Shown piece by piece: positions 48,233 through 54,094 of a DNA stretch of 54,094 bases. The notes under the pieces were generated by a model, which was not told where the DNA came from, searched no databases, and saw only the letters and a list, made by a program, of their open reading frames with translations. Numbering within the stretch: the first letter of the stretch is position 1; every line of letters begins with the position of its first letter. A program made the position numbers and the translations under genes. The stretch covers positions 1 to 54,094 of the forward strand of contig CABMIU010000025.1 of the NCBI GenBank assembly GCA_902386385.1, read 5' to 3'. The DNA is from an uncultured archaeon (lineage in GTDB: Archaea > Iainarchaeota > Iainarchaeia > Iainarchaeales > Iainarchaeaceae).

Positions 48233-51200
48233 TTGAAGCCAGCAATAATAATGTCAGGTATACTCTTGGTCTTGCTGGGCATATACGCCCACAGCGTCGA
48301 ACTCGAAGGCAGCTTCGAGGCAAAGGCACTGCAGTGTGAACTATCAGCAACAGGGCTGCAGGTGCGCAACACTTCAAACAGCACAGCCACTTATGCGCTT
48401 GGAGTTTCAGGCGCGGAAACCAACTGGTTCAGCGTGATTCCGGGTTCCGTAACTTTAGGGCCGGGAGATTCGGCAACTGCAAGGGTTTTCGCAATAGCGG
48501 GCTGCTATGCTTCACCCGGGAATTATTCTGCGGACATATTCGTCTCCGGGAACGGCGAAAAGGCCACAAGGAAATTCAGCCTTGAGCTGGAGCAAGGCCA
48601 CTTTGTCGGCATCAGGCTGCTCGAGGCAAGTCAATCAGCAACGCAGGGCGAGGAGAAAATTTATGCTGTCGAACTCACTAACAACACCCTTGTACCGAAC
48701 CAGTCCATCGAGAGGGTTGACCTCAGCGTCCATGGCCTTCCAAGCACATGGTATTCAATTGACGAGCCAAGGGTGCTTGTCGAAAAAGGGAACCCGAAAC
48801 AGGCGAAGATACGGGTAAAGGCACCGATAGATGCGGAACTGGGGGATTATGAATTCACGGCAAGGGCTTCGCTGCCAAATCCGGAATTCTACTCGGAGAC
48901 AAAGGCAACCCATTCCATAAGGCAGGGGCAGGAATTCAGGGCAATCCTGCCGGAAGAAGCTGTCGGTGGCACTGTAAGCGCGTGCCTCGAGGAAAAAACA
49001 AAGGCGATAGTAAAAGTCCAGAACGCAGGAAAGCAGGACGACAACCTAAAGCTCAAGCTCGAAGGCCCTAAGTTTGTCTCGCTGGGACAGAATAATGTCT
49101 CAATCGGGAAAGGAAAAGAAAGCCAGATAGGGGTACTGATTGACCCGGAAGGGGAAAAAGCAGGGGACTATAATTTCACGGTCAGGATTGAAAGCGCGGT
49201 TTACGATTACTCGGCATCAAAAGAATTCAATGTGAAGCTCCTTGACTGCTACGGGGTTGAAGTTGAAAAGCTCGAGGGCAGTGAAAATGCATGCACAGGG
49301 GAAACACCGGTATATAGATTTAGGCTAAACAATGACAGGGCAAAGCCGATTGAGCTCAATGCAAGCCTGACGGGCATCAGCGGAAAGGTCGAGCCTGAAA
49401 AAATCACTATCCAGAACGGTGCGCAGGCGGAACTTAAGGCGACCCTTGACGTGAACGGCTACGCAAAGGAAGCAAAGGCGGGGCGCAGCGACCTCGCGGC
49501 AGAGCTGATTATAGACACTTCTGGCTCGATGTCGGAAAAGCAAGGCAGCGTCCAAAAGATGGAAATAGCGCGTTCGGAAATAATAAAGCTGGTGAACAGC
49601 ATAAGCGCAATTGATTTCGGCATGAGGGTAATAGGCCAGGGAAGCCTGTGCGAGCCTTCTGAACTCGTTGTGCCGCTGAAAAAACTCGACATTGCAGCAG
49701 TGGCCAAAAAAATTTCAATGCTGGAGCCCAGAGGCAAAACCCCCCTTGTCCAGGGCCTGAGTGCTGCTGCGAATGATTTTCCCCCCGGAAAGGAAAAAGC
49801 CATAATACTCGTGAGCGACGGCAAGGAAACCTGCGACGGGAACATTGAAAGCACGGCAAGCGAGCTGGCAAAAAAAGGCATTGCAGTTTACGCGATAGGG
49901 TTTGACATCGACAGGGAAGGAAAGGCACAGCTGGAAAAAATCGCGGGTGCGACAAAAGGCGGATACTTCGAGGCGCAGGATTCAAACCAGCTTTCTTCCG
50001 TGCTAGCGGAAGTATCAAAGGAACTTGACATTGCAGCGGGCAGCAAAGGCAGGCGCACATTCACGATATCCCTCGAATCCGAAAAATTCAGTTTCGAAAA
50101 AGATTATAGCATGGAGGTCAGCGACTGCCACAATGCTGCAATGGCCCTGCCGGAATTATACATCTGCCCCGGGGCTGAAAAAAACGACACGATAACAATA
50201 GCAAACCTAGGCACGCAGCAGCAGGAATTCGCATTAGCATATTCCCCGAAATGGGTGAGCGGACCTGCAAGCGTTTCCGTCGGCCCGAACTCAAAGAAAT
50301 CCATCCAGATAAAGGCAAGCCTGCCAAAAGGCGATTCAAGGCAGCGGCAGGCAAACCTTGTCGTGAATGCCGCCTCGCAGGGGCTTTCAGTATCCAGGGA
50401 AGCGCCCATACATTATCTCCAGGACGCCATATGCTATGGCATTGACCTCCTTCTGCCGGAATCTGAAATCGATGCGGCTGCATGCGAAGGCAAGAGGCAG
50501 AAGCTTTACATAGAGAACAGGGGGATGGTGGAACAGGAAGTTTCCCTCAGCACGGACAAGGCATACACAAAGCTTACGGAAGGCACGATAAATGTCGGGC
50601 CGGGCGAAAGGAAGGAAGTGGACTTCTTTGTGACTCCGCCGTTCGACCTGCCTGAAACGACTTTCATAACAATCAGCGCGGAAACAAACAACGGCTTTTC
50701 AACAGAGGCAAAGGCAAAGCTTGTCGTGAAAGGCAACCAGGATTCCTTCGGGACTTGGCAGCCCGACATAAGAGTAAGGGACCTGAACGTATCCACGCCA
50801 AAGGGCCTGAATTACAATGCTGAAATTGAGATTGAGCTGTTCAATGACAGCAGCAAGCCAATGAAAGTTTTCAATGCGGTGGCAAAGGGATTCAATGCGG
50901 TTTTCCAGATGCCTGAAACGACAATCCCTTCGGGGAAAGCCGCGAATGCCAGGCTCCTTGTCGGGATGCCTGCAGACGCAAAATCCGGCAGCAAGACAAT
51001 CCCCCTCATGATTGAAACAAGCCTTGGCACTTTCACGAGGGACGTGGAATTCGATTACAATGCTGCAGGCAAAACAACAGACGCCAACAAAAATTCAAAG
51101 GACATCAATTCGCTTGTTTCGGACGCGGCATCAAAAAAGCAGCCGGATGAAAACAAGGCAGGCAAGCTAATTAATGACAGTAACGGCACAGGGCGGGCAG

Positions 51201-51397
51201 ACCAAAACGGAGAAATTGCCCAGAAGGAAAAGGCTAAAGAAAGGATTGTGGTCGGCACAGGCCTATTCAACCTCGCCGACTTCACGACAGCCGCACTCAT
51301 AGGCCTTGTCGCGCTGGTAATACTGCTGATAGGGCTGAGCGCATACAACGCCGTGCAGGAAGAGAAGGAAAAGGCGGAAAAAGAAGAAAAGGAATAG
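48233..51397 (+). CDS. Multi-Ig surface protein containing a vWA domain
   Basis: MIDAS residues IIDTSGSM, GKTPL and LVSDG; Ig-like repeats; C-terminal TM helix. Confidence 0.88.
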   Translation: MKPAIIMSGILLVLLGIYAHSVELEGSFEAKALQCELSATGLQVRNTSNSTATYALGVSGAETNWFSVIPGSVTLGPGDSATARVFAIAGCYASPGNYSADIFVSGNGEKATRKFSLELEQGHFVGIRLLEASQSATQGEEKIYAVELTNNTLVPNQSIERVDLSVHGLPSTWYSIDEPRVLVEKGNPKQAKIRVKAPIDAELGDYEFTARASLPNPEFYSETKATHSIRQGQEFRAILPEEAVGGTVSACLEEKTKAIVKVQNAGKQDDNLKLKLEGPKFVSLGQNNVSIGKGKESQIGVLIDPEGEKAGDYNFTVRIESAVYDYSASKEFNVKLLDCYGVEVEKLEGSENACTGETPVYRFRLNNDRAKPIELNASLTGISGKVEPEKITIQNGAQAELKATLDVNGYAKEAKAGRSDLAAELIIDTSGSMSEKQGSVQKMEIARSEIIKLVNSISAIDFGMRVIGQGSLCEPSELVVPLKKLDIAAVAKKISMLEPRGKTPLVQGLSAAANDFPPGKEKAIILVSDGKETCDGNIESTASELAKKGIAVYAIGFDIDREGKAQLEKIAGATKGGYFEAQDSNQLSSVLAEVSKELDIAAGSKGRRTFTISLESEKFSFEKDYSMEVSDCHNAAMALPELYICPGAEKNDTITIANLGTQQQEFALAYSPKWVSGPASVSVGPNSKKSIQIKASLPKGDSRQRQANLVVNAASQGLSVSREAPIHYLQDAICYGIDLLLPESEIDAAACEGKRQKLYIENRGMVEQEVSLSTDKAYTKLTEGTINVGPGERKEVDFFVTPPFDLPETTFITISAETNNGFSTEAKAKLVVKGNQDSFGTWQPDIRVRDLNVSTPKGLNYNAEIEIELFNDSSKPMKVFNAVAKGFNAVFQMPETTIPSGKAANARLLVGMPADAKSGSKTIPLMIETSLGTFTRDVEFDYNAAGKTTDANKNSKDINSLVSDAASKKQPDENKAGKLINDSNGTGRADQNGEIAQKEKAKERIVVGTGLFNLADFTTAALIGLVALVILLIGLSAYNAVQEEKEKAEKEEKE

Positions 51398-51578
51398 GCA
51401 ATACAACCGGCCATTTTATTTTTGCATGCCAAGGCCTTCAGCCAACCACCGCCCCAATCTTTCTCGAATGGCCCTTTGCCCAAAGCACCCCGACACCCCG
51501 CATCGGTTGCGGCAAAAGCAAAAAAAAGCCAGCTAGTCTAAAATAAAAATGCTTCTGCCTTTTTCTGGTTAGGATAAG

Positions 51579-52790
51579 ATGCACCCTATTCTGCCTGCAA
51601 GGCGAACAGCAGGAATCAAGCACGCTACCCGCGATGTTGTGCCTATTGCACAGCAGGTCGAGAAAAGCGGGAAGAAAGTGCTCTACCTGAACATCGGCGA
51701 CCCGATGGTCTATGATTACAGGACGCCGGAACACCTGTGGCAGGCAATGAACGACAACCGCAAAAAAGCCGAAGGCTACTCCGATTCTCTCGGAACAGCC
51801 GGCGCAAGGCAGGCTGTTGCAGATTATGCCAAGAGAATGGGCGTCCAAGGCGTAGCAAAGGAAGACGTGATGACCTTTGTGGGGGGCAGCGAGGCGATAA
51901 TGCTCGCAATGCAGGGCCTTTTCAACCCGAAGGAAAACTGCCTCATGCCCTGCCCAGTTTATTCAATATTCACTGGCGAACTCTCGTTCCTCGAAGCTGA
52001 ATCTAACGAATATTACCTTGACGAGGAAAACGGGTGGCAGCCGGAGACAGAGGACATTGAAAAGAAAATAAACGAAAAGACCAGGGCAATCGTGGTCATC
52101 AACCCGAACAACCCGACAGGCTCGGTTTCCTCGAAGGCGACGCTCAAGAAAATCATTGACATCGCGGGCTCGCACAACCTTGTCGTGTATGCAGACGAAA
52201 CCTACGACCAGCTGCTCTTTGACCGCGAGAAATTCACGCCGATGGCCTCGATAGCGGATGACGTGCCAATGCTCTGCTTCGGCAGCATATCAAAGAACTA
52301 CCTCGCCCCGGGATTCAGGGGAGGATGGATTTACAGGCACGACCCGCAGAACCTCATGAAAGATTACTGGGAAGCGATACAGAAATTCTCGCGCCTCAGG
52401 CTATCGACCGTCGCCCCCGTGCAGTACGCGATGGAAGCCGCCCTCAACGGGCCACAGGACCATTTCATGGAACTCGTGCCAAAGCTCCAGAAAAGAAGGG
52501 ACCTGACTTACAGGAGGCTGAACGAAATAGAGGGACTGAGCTGCGTAAAGCCCAAAGGCGCATTCTATGCCTACCCCCGCATAAATTTCCCCCTTCCGAA
52601 CGATTCAGACAGGGAATTCGTGATAGACCTTTTAAAGGAAAAAGGGGTGCTCTGCGTCTACGGCGAAGGCTTCGGCCAGAAGAAAGGAACGCACCACTTC
52701 CGCATAGTGTTCCTGCCGCCAGAGGAAATCCTCTCGGAAGCATTCGACAAAATCGAGGAATTCGTGAAAGAAAAATATTTGCGCAAATGA
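51579..52790 (+). CDS. Class I/II aminotransferase (alanine aminotransferase-like)
   Basis: LNIGDP, INPNNPTG, ADETYD, SKNYLAPGFRGG and PKGAFY motifs. Confidence 0.9.
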   Translation: MHPILPARRTAGIKHATRDVVPIAQQVEKSGKKVLYLNIGDPMVYDYRTPEHLWQAMNDNRKKAEGYSDSLGTAGARQAVADYAKRMGVQGVAKEDVMTFVGGSEAIMLAMQGLFNPKENCLMPCPVYSIFTGELSFLEAESNEYYLDEENGWQPETEDIEKKINEKTRAIVVINPNNPTGSVSSKATLKKIIDIAGSHNLVVYADETYDQLLFDREKFTPMASIADDVPMLCFGSISKNYLAPGFRGGWIYRHDPQNLMKDYWEAIQKFSRLRLSTVAPVQYAMEAALNGPQDHFMELVPKLQKRRDLTYRRLNEIEGLSCVKPKGAFYAYPRINFPLPNDSDREFVIDLLKEKGVLCVYGEGFGQKKGTHHFRIVFLPPEEILSEAFDKIEEFVKEKYLRK

Positions 52791-53019
52791 ACGCCAGCCC
52801 CCCCCTCAGCGCCGCTCCAAAAAAAATAAATTGCGTATCCATCGCCTCGCCTATACCGCACGAACCAGCCGGTTAGCCAAACAAAAAACGCCAAATGCCG
52901 AAAAAACAACCCGCACGAAAAAAGTTTTGGAAAATTATTGCACAAAAATATTCCTTCGGGAATTTTTTCCAGAAAACAGAAAAAGATATTTAAAGAGAAG
53001 CAGTGCATATTGCTACTGC

Positions 53020-53133
53020 GTATTGGGAGTTAAGGGGGTAAGCCATACTGCAAACGGTGGGGGAAACATCGGCTCGTTTGCAAAGGCGAGTGAGCAGTTC
53101 CCTGGCTTACCTTCTTTCACTTATTCTAACTTT
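53020..53133 (+). ncRNA. Candidate structured ncRNA B (family unknown)
   Basis: TATTTAAA at 52987-52994; 14-bp stem 53032-53045/53103-53116 with two G-U pairs on +; inner stem TGCAAACG/CGTTTGCA; pyrimidine-rich tail. Confidence 0.45.
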
Positions 53134-53243
53134 AATCCCGCCCCGGACAGCCCCTTTTCGAGGTTCCGACAAGCCTTTTTAACCTTAACACGGGGATTTT
53201 CTATCGGAAAGGAAAAGGCAGCCGGCTATTTTCGCCGAAGGCA

Positions 53244-53300
53244 GGCTCTTTTTCTTTTTGGTTCAGCTTTTTCTTTTTCTCTCCGAGAAAAAGAAAAAGG
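53244..53300. repeat. tRNA-associated hairpin unit at the tRNA-Ser 5' end
   Basis: CTTTTTCTTTTTGGTTCAG-CTTTTTCTTTTTCT-CTCCG-AGAAAAAGAAAAAGG; similar to 15240-15293 and to the intron arms. Confidence 0.85.
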
Positions 53301-53303
53301 TGA

Positions 53304-53520
53304 GCGGGGATGGCAGAGCGGTCTAATGCGCACGCCTGGAATAACCCTTTTCTTTCTCTTGCGAGAGAAAGAAAAGCGTTAGCGGAAAAGAAAGAGAAGC
53401 TGGCAAGGCTTTCTTTTCTTTTTTCGCCAACGTTTTTTCTTTTCTTCGCGAAGAAAAGAAAAAAGGTTGCGGCCAGCGTGTTCCTTCACAGGAGCATGGG
53501 TTCGAATCCCATTCCCCGCG
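53304..53520 (+). tRNA. tRNA-Ser(GGA) with a 133-nt intron at 37/38
   Basis: Acceptor GCGGGGA/TCCCCGC-G; anticodon stem CACGC/GCGTG with loop CT-GGA-A^A; long variable arm; T arm ATGGG-TTCGAAT-CCCAT. CCA not encoded. Confidence 0.95.
53342..53474 (+). other. tRNA-Ser intron: relaxed BHB plus three Y/R-tract hairpins
   Basis: CTGG (32-35) faces GCGG (one G-U pair, one G-G mismatch); bulges AA^T and CC^A; closing helix AACC/GGTT. Confidence 0.88.
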
Positions 53521-53642
53521 TCCCGTTTGCGTCCGGGAATAACGCGAACGTCCAGCCCATCGCAAGCGATGGGCCATAAATTGAAAACAAGCAGGGGGAA
53601 AATAAGCAACTAATAAAAAGAGATAGCTGCCGAATAGTTTTT

Positions 53643-54094
53643 ATGGCCACAAAGGTTCCGACAAAGAGGATTAAGAGGGAAATCCGCACGCTCCGGAGGG
53701 GGCTAAAGCAGGAAAAGAAAAAGGCTATTACGCTCAAGAAAGGGATAGCCGCGGTAAGGAAAAAGTCAGTGAACACCGCTAGGGCGGCTGCAGCAAGGAC
53801 CGCAAACCTCCGCAGCGAAATGGAGAGGCTCAAGGCGAACATCACGCAACTGGCCAACAATAAAACCCCTAAAAAGCAGCTTTCCGAGTACAACCTGTTC
53901 ATGAGGCGCCAGCTCAAGGCGGGAAAGAGTTTTGCCCAGGCAGTGAGGCTATGGAAGGCATACCGCAGGGGAATGGCAGTCATTAAGACAAGGGTTGCGA
54001 GGAAAATAATTGCGAAGCCCGTTACAAGGGTGCGCACAGTCATAAGGCGCGTTCCTGTCACGAAGGCAAGGACAATAATCAAAAGGGTCCCGGT
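53643..54094 (+). CDS. Highly basic protein with an HMG-box/YABBY-like motif, 3' end outside the window
   Basis: Open frame MATKVPTKRIKRE...PKKQLSEYNLFMRRQLKAGKSFAQAVRLWK...TRVRTVIRRVPVTKARTIIKRVP; absent from the ORF track because it has no stop in the window. Confidence 0.75.
   Translation, partial: MATKVPTKRIKREIRTLRRGLKQEKKKAITLKKGIAAVRKKSVNTARAAAARTANLRSEMERLKANITQLANNKTPKKQLSEYNLFMRRQLKAGKSFAQAVRLWKAYRRGMAVIKTRVARKIIAKPVTRVRTVIRRVPVTKARTIIKRVP

Noticed and set aside
53486..54082. 198-aa minus-strand hydrophobic ORF
   Set aside because: Antisense shadow of the basic + strand gene starting at 53643, and it overlaps tRNA-Ser.

Overview
Core-genome window from an archaeon, most likely a DPANN lineage (inferred from TATA-box promoters, GAGGTGA ribosome-binding sites, an A-type ATP synthase operon, NucS, TrmB and BHB-type tRNA introns; Diapherotrites/Iainarchaeota is a guess). 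It encodes PLP synthesis (pdxS/pdxT), glucosylglycerate synthesis (gpgS plus phosphatase), de novo NAD synthesis (nadABC, nadM), eno, prs, pyrG, metK, a full A1AO ATP synthase operon, a RelBE-like toxin-antitoxin pair, a TrmB-linked ABC importer and four C-terminally anchored surface proteins. The most unusual feature is two tRNA genes, Pro-CGG and Ser-GGA, each with a 133-138 nt intron at 37/38. Both introns are built from the same polypyrimidine/polypurine hairpin unit, and further copies of that unit abut the mature 3' end of tRNA-Pro and 5' end of tRNA-Ser. Also notable: two TATA-preceded structured RNA candidates with complementary internal segments, single in-frame stops in pdxS and nadA, a methyltransferase resembling methionine S-methyltransferase, an unannotated 27-aa zinc-finger peptide, and a basic protein with an HMG/YABBY-like motif. 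All calls were made by eye; no searches were run.
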